A stretch of DNA of 64,000 nucleotides, taken from Camelus ferus. Its lineage: Eukaryota. The notes below the pieces were generated by a model that was not told the DNA's origin, ran no database searches, and saw only the letters and a list, made by a program, of their open reading frames with translations. Shown here piece by piece: positions 40,826 through 54,263 of the stretch (position 1 is the stretch's first letter; the number at the start of each line of letters is the position of its first letter). The DNA lies in NCBI RefSeq assembly GCF_009834535.1, contig NC_045707.1, positions 52,826,001-52,890,000 on the forward strand, given 5' to 3'. Made by a program: the position numbers and the translations under genes.

Positions 40826-43608
40826 CGCCTTCTTGGCAGAGACACAGCTGCAGAGACACGTCAGATGCACAGACAGCATAGCGCCAGGCACCTCCCGGGC
40901 CTCAGTCCCCACAGCCCCACGAGGTAAGTCCTGCTTTTGTTGCTGTCATCCTTGTCGGTGTTGGTGTTACTCCCCCTTACTGAGCAGGGGACACAGGGAC
41001 GCAGAGAAGCTGCTAGGAGACCAAGGGCACACGGCTCCCAAGCGGCCGCGCTGACTCCGGAGTGCACTCTTCATTACCAAGTCCACGCCTCCCAAGACTG
41101 GTTTCTTCACTTCCTCCTGAAACTTCCCTGCGCTTTCCAGGCAACTGCAAAATGCAACTACCTTTTCCTGTGCTGTGAATGGCATGGTCGTCTACAATTA
41201 GATTTTCTCAAAATAAAACTGGAAATCAGAAAATAAAGACCTGGATTCTGACTTAGGGCAAAGTAGTTACAGTTAGTGTATGTGACCTTGATATAGTCTT
41301 TCAGTGTATCGTGGGCTTGATTTCCTTGGCGTCTGTGCCCTTCTCCCGAGTGCATGAGCATCTGACCGGCTGTGGAGCATCTACTGTTATGTCTAAAGCC
41401 AAGCCCTGATTTCCCAGTTCCCCCTGAGCTCTGTTTCCCGTACTTGGAGACTGAGCTGACAGTGTGCTTCTGAATACATAAAGCTTTAATTCCACCAAGG
41501 AAAGTCCTAGTAGATACACACAAATCACCTTCCCTGGGAATTAGTTTCCGCATCTCTGTAATAAAAGGGAAGGGAACAAACTGTTCCCTCCACAGACTGT
41601 GGGTGGACCCACTGGCGCAGTGAGTAGACATCTTTAATTCGTCTTCTAAAAGCTGGTTCACCGAGAGGTTCAGGAGAATTCCCCAAGAACGAGTACAAAC
41701 AGCAAGAGGTAATTACCATGGGGTGGGGGGCTTATGTTTAAAAAAAAAAAAGAATCTCAGAAAAGAAAGAATGGGAGTGTGTCAGGGACAACGAGGGTAT
41801 AAAGGTGCACTCTCCTCTGAGGAAGAAAACCTCTCTGGAGAAGAGCTGCCCTCCAAGAGGGACTTAAAGACACTCCCTGTGAAGTGCTGCCATTTTTCAA
41901 TGAAGAGGATTCAAAAGTCATCCACGGTGATTAATTCTTTCAAAAGCATGTTTTGATCATAAAACCACCCCTGGAGTGAAATGAATGTTTGTATTTTCAA
42001 AAGCAGTCCAAGAAAATAACCAAACTATAGAAAAACAGGGGATTGGCTGAGCAAATGTCTACTTCCACACAGAGGAATGTTGCACGATCGTTCAAAGTAA
42101 TACCCTGGAAACATTTATTCAGTGGAAAGGTGTCAATTATGTATTTTGGATTTAAAAAGAATGTTCCAAAACAACAACCCAGTGACGGCACCATTTTTTA
42201 GTTCTTATTTTTCACTGACGTGTAACCTCGATTTACGTCGTTGGTTTCCGGTGCACAGCAGAGCGGTTCAGTTACGCGTGTGTCTCTGTGCGCACGCCTC
42301 CGTGACGCCGGCTGCTTCTGGATGCTCGGCTTCTTATTGTCTTTTCATTTTCCATAATGAACATGCTCTTAATCCTATAACGAAAGCAAATATACTTTTT
42401 AACTAACCTGAGAGGGCAGACCCTGCATGCAGTCAACAAGACATGATGTATCTCAACTGGCAGAATTGCTTAGACCGAGGATTGCACATCAGACCTTTCC
42501 CAGGGGAAGCTGTTCTGAGCCACAGACCGCTACTGCTAAGCTGTCAGTAAGTAACCCTGACTTGGTAGTCTTGGTGTGACCCGCCCGGGGATGCCCGCAC
42601 TGCGTGGGAGCAGGTGTTCATCCAGCCGGATGGTCTTACACTGACTACAGCTATGTTCGCACCACAGCAGATCTGGGAGTAAAGAACTGGTAAGTTATGA
42701 GCTTGTCAGAAGGTAAAACACAACTTGAACCCACCCATGAAATTTAAGCCCGTCACTGGCAAGATCGGATTTACGGATTTACATCGTTTCTCTCCCCGAT
42801 CCATCTTAAAAAAGGAGAAAGTGCGTCAAACAGATCAAGATGAGTAAGTCTGGGAAACACATCTATTAGATGCTTCATTCTGTCAGTGGGGGAAGTGGTA
42901 AAAACCAGAAAAATGAAAGAAGCCAAGGCAGAAACCCCCAAACTAAGACATGTTCCTTAAAGAGCTTTGAATCCTTTAGAATAAGCTCCCAGAGGGGGAA
43001 AAATGTGGACCTGGAAAAATCACATCTATCCTTTTAAAAAATTATTTTCCCAAAATACCCTCGAATTTTCTAAATGAAAGAGAGTAAGTAAGTTCCATCA
43101 TTTACTAAAGCTGTACCTGCACTGAAACGAAGCATTGCATATGATTTACTGATGGTCAGGTCGGTTGTGATGCATGAAGCTGGGGTGCATTAACAGGAGT
43201 CCAAGTAGTTGGTATCCCCGGAGTTGGGCCACACGGCAGGACTGAGTGACGTCCTGCGTTCAGAGCGTACGTTGCAGGGCAGCTTCCTCCCCTGTGCCCA
43301 TCTCACATGATCCTCAGAAATCCTCGGTGGAGCTCGCAGAGCAGCTGTGATTGTTCCCATCCCCACGTTCCAGGTAGGGATGCTGAAGCTAACCAGTTAT
43401 TCACAACCTGAAGCTACTTAAAAATGAGACTGCTGACCCCAAATGATGATGTTTAACTCTCAAAAACACAGAAATGCCAGCTTAGTAAATCATTGCACCA
43501 TTTTCCACTCTGGAGGATGAAAAAAAATTCTTAAGACTTTTAAAACTTTAGTTCTAGAATATGTCTTCTTTTTCCAAATAGCCACCTCTTTCTAGATGGC
43601 AGTTTCTT

Positions 43609-43935
43609 CATTTTTCAAATTGAGGTGAAATGCACAGAACATTATACATATTAAAGCGAACAATTCAGTGGCATTTAGAATATATACAAGGTTGAGACAC
43701 CACCACCTCCAGTTCCAAAATACTTTCATCACCCAGCATAAAACCCAGTTCTCCCCTCCCCTGGCAACCAACAATCTGTGTCATCTCTTTAGACTGAATG
43801 ACAGCACACGTCGCATAAAGGAAGCATGCGCTACGTGACCTTTTGCGTCTGGCTTCTTTCAAGTAGCCTTGTGTTTCTGCGGCTCACCACTCTGCACTTT
43901 GTGCCAGGACCCCTTTCCTTGTCATGGTTGAATAA
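43609..43935 (-). mobile_element. L1MB-like 3' end
   Basis: attgaggtgaaatgcacagaaca...aattcagtggcatttagaatatatacaaggtt...ttccaaaatactttcatcaccc. Confidence 0.85.
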
Positions 43936-43944
43936 AGTCAACTT

Positions 43945-45940
43945 GGCAGGTGAGGAGTTGTTTTTATCCTGCCACGTTCTAGGTCTTTCTCCTTTGTCTT
44001 TAGCATTTGGCATTTTTACTATGGTGTGTCTGTGTTTGGATTTGGATTCATCCTAATCAGAGTGCGTTGAGACTCTTGATATGTGGGTTCATGGTTTTCA
44101 TCAAATCTGGGGCATTTTCAGCCATTGATTCTCCAAGTGTTTTCCACTTCTTTCTCTCCTTTCCCGGCACTCACACTGTGCCGCGCTGGTGTGTTTCATG
44201 GCGTGCCGTGTTTCTGAGGCTGTCTCCACCTTCTTCCTTCTCTGCCTCTGCTTTTCAGATTACACGATTTCTGTGAAATCAATGTGGCAGCTGTTTGCTG
44301 AGACCCTCTAGTAAATTTTTTCATTGCAGGTTCAATTTCCGACTCCAGAGTTTCCATTTTGTTCTTTTTTATAATTTCTCTCCATTTAGGAATATTCACT
44401 ATTGGGTGAGACTTTGTCATCATACTTTCCTTGAGCTCTTTTCAGCATGATTTCACTTAGTTCTTTGAAGATATTTATAACAGCTGCTTTCATGTCTTTG
44501 TCTTTTAAACTCAACACCTGAGATTTCAGTCAGTTTCTATTGCCTGATGTTATTTCTGTGTGTTGGTCATACTTCCCTGCTTCTTTGCAAGTCTCATTTT
44601 TTTTTAATCTGGACATTTTAAGTAATATTTTGCAGCGGTTCCCGCTGAGCGTCCTCTCCAGGGGTGTGTTGCTGCTGCCGTTTGCTTGTTTATTTGCTCA
44701 GGAACTGGCTGGACTATTTTAGTAAAGTCTGTCTCCCCCAAAGTGAAAGCCTCCGCTCTCCCTCCTCCCAGGGCCCAGCCTCGCACATGCGTGCGGTCCA
44801 CCTGTGATGACAGTGGTCAGGGAAGCCCTCCTGAACGATCGTTTTCCTTAATTACAGTCAGCTGTTAGCATCCACCAACCTCCAGATGAGTGCTCTGTTG
44901 TTTTCCACGATACTCCAGGGCATACCTTGTTGTCCTAATCTGATCCTATTAAATCCAGGTCCCTTTGAAGGGACGGTTTTTCGAGGCTACTCTTTGAGGT
45001 TTACTCTGACCCCAGAAGGGCCCTTCTGAGCGTTTTTTCCCCCAGTTGTCTCTGGTAGAGCAGCTGGCCTATACCATTTGGCTTGTTTTGTTGCTCTCAA
45101 GAGCTGCCAGTCGCCTTTGAATTGCCTACAACCAACATCCTCATTGTCTTCAAAAGTACCCTTAGGCTTGAACTACCCCACATCCTGTTCAAGTCAAGTC
45201 AGTGTCCTAGAGAGAGCTTTGGGTCTCTCTATTCAGATGGCCTGCCTCTTCCCCCGGGCAGAAATGTCAGCGCCACAGCTCCAGCGGAAGGGTTAGGCAC
45301 AGAGGTCTGCTTCCTGAGTATCACCTGCTTTAAGAGCAAGGCACTGGGTGAGGGAGGGCAGTAGCCTCAGTCCTTCCGGCTTCATCTCCAGACGTGGAAC
45401 CTCCACCCTACAAGCAAACGAGGTCAAGGGATTGGAGTCCAGTGTCCTTGGTGTGCCCCACTGGAGGTGGCGTCTCCATTCCACAGACAGGGGCCAGGTG
45501 GAGAATGGGAGCCCTGACCTCTCTGAAGCCCTGGTCTAGAATGTAGTCTCTACCACGCACAGCTGGGGGCAGGGGCGTGTGATGAGAAATTCAGGTGGCC
45601 TGCCCCCCAACCCAGGGAGATAGCGTGGCCTCTACTGGGAGCTGAGGAGAGAGAAACCCCTGTGTTCTTGGCTACACAGACCTAGGGTGGAGTTTCCATC
45701 ACGTTGAGCCATGAGAAGGGAGAGAGAAGGAGGGTCATGGTTCAAACGCCACAGATTCTCATCGTTTTTACCAAGTTTTAATAGACTTTCTTAAAGTTTC
45801 TCATTTGCTAAATGCTCCTGGAGCAGTTTCCAGAGATTTAAATGATTGTTTGTTTAAACAAAATTTTCGGCAGTTCTGTTTACATCCCTGGGGAACAGGA
45901 CCAGGAAGCTCTTCACATGGCTGTTGTGGAAGTGGCCCCC
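43945..45940 (-). mobile_element. Old L1 ORF1 and 5' UTR
   Basis: Antisense ORF1 phrases (actatggtgtgtctgtgtttgga; catcaaatctggggcattttcagccatt; tttccattttgttcttttttataatttct). Confidence 0.75.
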
Positions 45941-47269
45941 ACTCTCTGATATTTTAATGCTACAGATAATTGGCAGAACCAGATGAGAAAAAAATATCAC
46001 AAAAAGTTTAGAATTGGTAAAAATCTTAAAGGTCAGCTGATACAGTAATTCAACTTAGCTTTTTACAAATCTTTTTAAATGGAGACAGAAATAGTAAGGA
46101 GCATCCTGGTCGTACCTAATGTCAGATAAAGGGGCCAAGAGGAGGTCATACATGGGGAAACTGCAGGCCCCACCTTAGGAAATGTTAAACTTGTCACGCA
46201 GTAAGTCTACTCCGTGTCTGCCTAGACTGTTCATGTGACTGTCCAGTCTCATCTCTCCTAGGTGGCCGCAGACCAGCTTCTCTTTGGTGCCCCAGTGTTT
46301 CTCCACTTGTTATCCACTCGTTACTAGCTGCAGGGCCTGGAGCACAACTGAAACACAACTCTCCCAACCTTTCACAAGGAAGCGAGTTACGGTGCTTTAG
46401 TGCTGTGTCTGTCATCAGCATTCACACCGACCGTTCCTATAACTTGCACGTATGTTTTAAATAAATCATATTATAAGCATAGATAGGTACAGATATGTAA
46501 AGATAATAGGGGTTTTTTTCCCTATTTCTGGTAGGTCCAGAAAAAAATAACACATGTGAGGAATATTTAAAATCAATAGAGAAAACTTATCTTAGAAAGT
46601 TGTCTTCTTACAGAATAGTTTAAGAATTTAATATTAGATGATAAACCCCATCTTAATATCATAATACTCTTTTTAGTATGGTCCCTAAAATATTTGTCAC
46701 ACAATATCAAATATTTAGGGCAAAACAGAAGGTACCAGTATATCAATCCCTCAAAAAGGAGCATGCAAGGTCACCGTGATGTTTGTGAAACGGAGTAGAA
46801 AGAAAAAGAAATTCTGAAAAATATGTCTCAAAATGGACTCTCCCTGATAAAAATCTAAGGGGCAAAATCCCAGATCCCTCAGACTGACATGCATGTCTGG
46901 GAAATGCTTCCAGTCAGTGGGATTTACAAGGCAAGATAGATCATCAAAGGACTTGAGGCTCTCTGCTGGCTAAGACTAGAGCCTTGAGACTTCTCCTCTG
47001 ACAGCTTTGCGAAACTATGGTAAATTATGATTTCTGCATCCTTCAGTTGGAGATTTATATACTGGGCTTCTGACCACGCCACATACAATTCAATAAAACT
47101 GAAACATAGTTGCACTGGCTGACACTCACATTATCACATAATCCACCTTCTGAAAATACCTACTGAGATTTCAGTTGAAAAGGAAAATATTTCTCAAATG
47201 GTACAGTAAAGATTATTGTACCACAACTTCACAATTTCAGATTCAGATATTTCTTTTTTCCATATGCAG

Positions 47270-47377
47270 GAAAAAGAAAGAGAAGAAGGAAAGAGAGAGA
47301 GAGGAAGAGAGGAAGGAAGAAAGGAAGGAAGGAAGGAAGGAAGGAAGGAAGGAAGGAAGGAAGGAAGGAAGGAAGAA
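47270..47377 (+). repeat. (GGAA)n / GA-rich microsatellite
   Basis: About 13 tandem GGAA units preceded by GA-rich sequence. Confidence 0.95.
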
Positions 47378-47974
47378 GCTCTACTCACTCATCTGTTAAT
47401 GTTTTGAAGTTATAAATATTATTTTATACCTTAATGCAGAACAACCAGCCAATAACTTGAGAAAGCTGTCTCAACTTTTCCTGAAAACTGTATTTCTCTG
47501 TGATTTGGGGTCTCTGTTTAGAGAAGTGTATGTTTTCTATTTCTTGCCAGGGATTTCTTGTGTGGCAGGAAAGGGGAACTTTATCACAGGAAAACCTGGG
47601 GTAGAGTCTCCCTTTGATGTGTCAGACAGGGCTTGACACAACTGGCAGGGAAGAAGTAAGTGAAGTTTCTATCAGTGTTTTGTTATGGAAAGAATCCAGA
47701 AATGTCTAAAAGGTAAAGTCTGTACATTGATTCCAGGTTGGGAGGTCAAACCTTACAAAGGTCATCCAGGCAATCAGCCAGCTTGGCGAGGCCGTGGGAA
47801 TTCACTGGGGTCCACAGGCGGGCCCAGCTGATCTGACTCCCCTAATGTCATATGCGTATTCTGTGTGTTTGTATATATGTTCATCTTTCACAACTTTCGT
47901 AATATGCGACTTGGAGAGTTCCATGATTTATTCAAGTCAGTCCCTATTCTGTGCTATGCCAGATGCTGGGTTTG

Positions 47975-48378
47975 GTCGTATTGATTAACTATTTCTGTGT
48001 AAAAGAAAATTCCCCGAACCTATTGGCTTAAAACAGTACGAATTTATTTTTGTGTATGAGTCTACGGGTCATTTATGGATTTGCAGCAGGCGCAGTTGAT
48101 CGCAGAAGGGTCTGATTGCGCATTCATGGACAGCTGGTGGGTTGCCTGGGGCGGGCGGGACCAGGATAGCAGTTGCCCGCCTGGGGCATTAGAGGTGACC
48201 GAGCCAAGGGTCTTTCATCATCCAGCTGGTTGGCTCAGGCTGATCAATGTGGCAATAGCTGGGCTCCAACAGAGAGTAGGTCATTCAAAGTCCACTGAGG
48301 TCTAGGCTTGAAACTGACACACCACATCCTGACACACTCTTTGTGCCAATGCAAGTCACAAATCAGCCCAGATTCAGC
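47975..48378 (-). mobile_element. MaLR LTR (MLT1H-like)
   Basis: tggcttaaaacagtacgaatttattt...gcaagtcacaaatcagcccagattca. Confidence 0.7.
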
Positions 48379-48446
48379 ACTTGTGAGAGAAATGTGCACA
48401 GAAACTGCCACCTGCCTCTTCCCTTAAAATTCTTCTTAAAACTCAT

Positions 48447-49310
48447 TTACTGCATCTGTTGAGATGATCATAGGGTTTCCATTCTCCGATTTGTTACTGT
48501 GGTGTAGCACACTGATTGATTTGCAGGTATTGAAAAACCCTTGCATCTCTGAGATAAACCCCACTTGATCAGGGTGTATGATCCTTTTCACATACTATTG
48601 GACTCAGTCTGCTAGTATTTTCTTGAGGATTTTGGCACCTGCATTCATCAGTGATGTTGGCCTGTAATTTTCTTTTTTGTGATATCTTTGTCTGGTTTTG
48701 GTATCAGGGTGATGGTGGCCTCATAGAAGGAGTTTGGAAGTGTTCCTTCCTCTGCAGTTTTTTGGAATAGTGTCAGAAGGGTAGGTGTTAACTCGTCTCT
48801 AAATGTTTGGTAGAATTCCCCTGTGAAGCCATCTGGTCCCGGACTTTTGTTTGTTGGGAGATTTTTAATTACTGATTCAACTTTAGTACTGGTAATCAGT
48901 CTGTGCACATTTTCTGTTTCTTCTTGGCTCAGCTCTGGGAGATGTACCTTTTTAAGAATGTGTGCATTTCTTCTAGGTTGTCTATTTCCAGACATGGGCT
49001 GTCCACACAGTTGCTCGTGGTAGCCCTTATGATCCCTTGTATTTCTGTGGTGTCAGTTGTAACTTCTCCTTTTCCATTTCTGATTTTAGTTGATTTGGGC
49101 CCCTTGCCTTTTTTCCTTGATGAGTCTGGCTGCATATCAGTTTTCTTTATCCTTTCAAAGAGCCAGCTTTTAGTTTCATTGATCTTTTCCATTTTTTTTT
49201 TCAGTCTCTGTTTCATTTATTTCTCCTCTGATCTTTATGATTTCTTTCCTTCTACTAACTTTGGCTTTTGTTTTTCTTCTTTCTCTAGTTCCTTTAGGTG
49301 TAAGGTTAGT
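48447..49310 (-). mobile_element. L1 ORF2 fragment (linker, Z domain and RT start), relatively young
   Basis: Minus-strand ORFs give KINETKSWLFE, GEVTTDTTEIQ and LPTNKSPGPDGFTGEFYQTF..LPNSFYEATITLIPKPDKD. Confidence 0.93.
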
Positions 49311-49324
49311 TATATTTATATATA

Positions 49325-49450
49325 CAAGATATATTCTGTAATGGAAAAGAATCTCAAAAAAGAATAGATGTATATATATATAACAGTCACTTTGCTGTAT
49401 GTCTGAAACTAACAGAGTATTATAAATCAACTATACTTCAATTTTTTAAA
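49325..49450 (+). mobile_element. L1 3' terminus
   Basis: taatggaaaagaatct...tcactttgctgtatgtctgaaactaac...aatcaactatacttcaat. Confidence 0.85.
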
Positions 49451-49969
49451 TTCTTTAATCATTTAACCCTTACTACTTTCAGGAATCCTTAAAACGATGC
49501 CCTGTTCAGGTAACACATCAGCAGGAAAGGAATGTGGGTTCCTGTATAACAAATTACACTAACCCGTCTCCTCCCAACACTTTCTGAGTCCAGAACTGTT
49601 TCTTTTCAATGTGATTGAATGTGATCTCGTTAGTCAAATAACTTGCTTTATGTAAATAAATGTGTACATACACCCCACACACAATGCCCAATTTTCCTAA
49701 CTGCTGGGGCACCAGGAACTCTGCATGCTGTGGCCACGGGTTCCGGATTTTAGCTTCATGTTAATTGTTTTAAAAAGAGGTTACAAGGGAGCCTCCTTGA
49801 CCAGCCAGGGCCACGACTCTGAGACTGACTCCTCTCAGAGGCCACAGGAGCTTCTGAAAATCACTCTACCAGTTACTTATTAATAGCATCTAGTTGATTT
49901 TAACTCCGGGCATGGCTATTGGACACAGATTGTTATCTGTCAAGGTGAAAGAAAACAGATGTCAAACAA

Positions 49970-50125
49970 AGAACAGTGGGCAGGGAACAGAAGCCTTGGA
50001 CTTTAATCTTGGAACTGGTACCAAACAGCATTGTGGCCTTGGCGAGTCACTTAATCATTTTGGCCTCCACCTCTTGAAATAGAGTGTTTTAGATTAAGTT
50101 CCTAAGTTCCCTTCCGGCTGAAAAT
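49970..50125 (+). mobile_element. MIR3/MIRc-like remnant
   Basis: tgtggccttggcgagtcacttaatcattttggcctc...ttagattaagttcctaagttcccttcc. Confidence 0.6.
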
Positions 50126-53100
50126 TGGTGTTTGTGTGTACATATCTATTTTATAGTAGCCAAATAAATCACCTAAACTTAATCACAATCCAGATTTAAA
50201 TGATTCCACCAACAACTGGAATCCAGCAACATTTCAGTGTCCTGTACCTGGTTCAATGTTCCAATTTTAATGTGAATTTTCATCATGGCAATTTTCAATC
50301 CAGGTATTTCTATTTCCTATTATGAAGGCCTAGTACCAGTTAAGAACTTCTGTAAACAGAAAAGAAGAAAAGAACCCTTTTTGTTCAACCTAAGGATTAA
50401 ACCTGCAAAAAAAAAAAAAAAAATGGACAGACTAGACAGAATTAGAAATAGAATTGGCCAAAACAAAAATGCCAGTCATTTTCCAAAAGTATTCATCCCA
50501 CACCTCGATGCTGACAAGTGTTTCTGCCTGTCTTCCTACTCGGTGACTTTCCTCTCTCGCTCACTTCCTCCCCAGATCTCTCTGGTGGCATGAGTTCACA
50601 TCTCTGAGGCTATTGCTCAAAAGCCAGTGGGAAAGAGCTCATTGGTTTGGCATTTTGACTCCATGTTTTCTTAAAAGAATATATCAAATGTAGCAACAGT
50701 TAAGACATTTAGGGTAGGTGTTACAACACCTCTTCCCCATGAAGGCCTAGAAAGGTTTTTCTGTGCCATGCATCACTGTATAACACCAGCTCCTTCTGTG
50801 GCTTCTACTTGCAGGTGACAGAGGTCTTCCCGGTGGAGAATAGGGAGAGTCAAAGCTGACTCTACAGAATCCACAGGGGGAGGAGTCTGCAGGGGAGAGC
50901 GACTGGGGAACTTTCTGAAAGGCGCCCTTAGTGTGGGCTGAGAACTCTGGAGTAGCGCCACCACTTCCTGAAGAAACGTGGAGGTTTGATTCATTGTGTT
51001 GATCTTCATCCCTGTTTGAGTGTTTTATAAATGGACCCCACGTCCTGTCCTACGAAGCTAATCATGAGCCACCCTGCTGTCACTTGTTTCTTCAATTTGG
51101 GAATAAGTTTTTTAAAAATGGGTAATATGACCCCAAAACAACAGATTACAGCACCACATTGGATGCATTTTAAGTATCAAAGGAATACTTACACTTACTC
51201 CAGTTTTCCGTTCTGAAAATCTACCCCTCTGCTGGGTTAACTTTCATAACCTCTCACAACACTATTGTGATAGCTGTTAAGATTTTATTTTCAACGTTAC
51301 TAAAATCAGGACGAAGATGTCCCTTCATAGACTGATAGGCCGAGTCCTGATGTTACAAGCACCAAGCAGAGCAAAAGCATATCTATTCAGAGCTTGCTGT
51401 GTGTGTAGGACCTTTGCCCACACATCCAGTCTCATTTCACTTAGCATAGTCATATTTCTTCATTAGCCTGTTTGTCCATAGGTTTCCAAATTAAATGCAA
51501 TTACTTAAAAGGAATCAATAACATAGCCAAGACAGTTCAGACCACGGTTGGTTTCTAAAATAACTCTCCATCTTTTTTTACCAGAACAATGTGTAGTCAG
51601 GTTTGAAGAATATTTTAAGAGGCCCTAAATCAGATTAAGTGCTGGCTTTCAGGTCTTGCTCTCTCGGAACGCTGCCAGATAGCAATCTCTGTGATTGAGT
51701 CATTCTGCATTACGAGAGCTTGTTCCGATCATGCCCACATGACTCATGGCTTCTAATTCTCTTAAAAAGAGCCATGAGACCTGCAACGTTAATTACATTA
51801 CAGGACAGAGTGGAGGAGTATTTAATGGAGCTGGATCCCAATTCCACACTGCAGGCTCCTGTCTGCAGAGTCATTTTGGGGTGTAGGTTTGTCCTCACCG
51901 GGAAGGCATCTTGGTCTCATGGCACCGGGGTTGTTAGTTTTTCACTTTGCAAATATATTTTTAACAAATGAAGTATGAGCTAATATGACCAGAGTAATTA
52001 GAAAGTAGGCAATTTGTCCTCCCCTGGCCCAGGCTGCGGCGAAGGCAGCTGTGTGGGCAGCAGCTGCTGGGTGTTTGCATGGAAAACTGGGTATAGATTT
52101 CATTCTGAGAGGAGCGTGTTATCGGAAACGGTCATTTCCCCTGAGTGTGAGTGATAAATCTAGCGGACAGGACAGCCCACTCCAGACAGCATTTGTTTGA
52201 TGGAAGGAGGTTTGCTGTGCCTTACCCAAACAGACAGCACCCACATTAATCAAGGACTGTCTGACTTCCATGTTTTTAAAGAAATGAAACAAAGGAGTGC
52301 TGCTTGGCGAAATCTGTCTGGGAATACTGAGCTGCAGCCACAAGAAGATCCCATCCACCTTCCACTGCACGCGTGGCTTTGCCGGACACGTGCCTTGGCC
52401 GACATCAGGAAGTCAGATGACATGAATCCGTGACCTAGAGCCCCCACGGCTGTTCAGGTTGCTCGGACACCGGGCTCTCCTCTGCACTCACCCGGAGCCT
52501 GCTGGCTCATGAGTGGTCGAATGCTTCAGGAGGGTCTTGGATGTTTCCGGGCTACATGGAACCCATTCAGTTCAATTCTGGTAAAGAATAAGAACAGCCC
52601 TTTATCAGCACCCTGAGGTCAAGGAGCATCTTTGAGACAGGACACAATCTGAGTCAGTACCAACTAACTAGTCTGCAGCTTCAGACTCAAAAGGCTGCCT
52701 TTTCTAGGGTCACACCAGTGGAGCCAGAGCCGGGATGCTGGGCCCTGCTGAGCTCATGGCCGCACCACCGCAGTGGAGTAACGGCAGACAAAGGGAGGGA
52801 CCACGGAGAAGGGAGGCCACCAGGATGGGAGAGGAAAGCCTAGCATCTGAGACAAGCAGAGAAGGGAAGAGAGCAGACAGGAGAATCCCTGGTGGGATGG
52901 AAGGTGGTGGAGTTAAAGCAAACCAGTGCCTGGGGCCTGCAAGCCTCTCGTAAGCCGATTCTGCACAGACTCCCACAGCCCTCAGGAAGGTCACGACAGG
53001 TCTATTCCACCTCATCTAAACTATACAGAAATAGTTCATTAAAATATTCAAGTGATAGCATTAAAGCAAAAGTCCTCCTTAACTGACCTCCCTCAAATTC

Positions 53101-54263
53101 CAGGAACCACCCCCCCCAGGGGTCACCGTGGTATCAGGTGGGTACCTTCCCAGGCTGCACAGGTGCTCAGGGGCTGGGGGTGGGGGTGGAGCTGGAGGCC
53201 GGCTGGCGTCCGCAAGCTGAGACGGGTGCCCGGCCTGAGGCTGCCGCTGCCCCCTTCCAGTTCACGGAAGACGAGCAGAGGCCCAGGAGTCTTCCCAGCT
53301 CTGTTCTGCATTAACATGCAGGGTTGCAGATGATTCTTTAAGGTTTTTATTATGCATGTTGTTTCGTGTTTTAACACGAAAATACATCTTAGAAGCTTGT
53401 CCAGGCCAATAAAGTAAATGATGACATCATCCTTTCATTTGCATTTTTAAACATTTTTTTATTGAGTAATAGTCATTTTACAATGTTGTGTCAAGTTCTA
53501 GTGTAGAGCACAATTTTTCAGTTATATTATGAACATATATATATTCATTGTCACATTCTTTTTGCTATGAGCTACCACAAGATCTTGCTTATATTTCCCT
53601 GTGCTATACAGTATAATCATGTTTATCTAGTCTGCATTTTAAAATTCCAGTCAGTCCCTTACCACCCCCCACCCCCTTGGCAACCACAAGTTTGTATTCT
53701 ATGTCTATGAGTCTATTTCTGTTTTGTATTTATGTTTTGTTTTGTTTTGTTTTTAGAGTCCTCATATGGCGACCTCATATGGTATCCCTCTTTCTCCTTC
53801 TGGCCCACCCCACTCAGAATGACACCCTCCAGGAACATCCATGTTGCTGCAAATGGCGTTATGTTGTCAGTTTTTATGGCCGAATAGTATTCCATCGTAT
53901 AAATATACCACTTCTTCTTTACCCAGTCATCTACTGATGGACATTTAGGCTGTTTCCATGTCTTGGCTATTGTAAATAGTGCTGCTATGAACATTGGGGT
54001 GCAGGTGTCATCCTGAAGTAGAGTTCCTTCTGGATATATGCCCAGGAGCAGGATTCCTGGGTCACATGGTAAGTCTATTCCTAGTCTTTTGAGGAATCGC
54101 CATACTGTTTTCCACAGTGGCTTTCCTTGCTTCCCTCTCTCACTCTTAATGATTTAGATGTCTTCTTCTACAATTTTGTGTTTATTCTTTTTGTAATTCA
54201 TGGCAGTTATCTCCTTTCCAGTTATGAGTTTCTCATTTTTGTAGCATCCTGCTTCTTTTCTAT

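Noticed and set aside
47175..47407. Repetitive KEGR/PSFL ORFs
   Set aside because: Translations of the (GGAA)n microsatellite.
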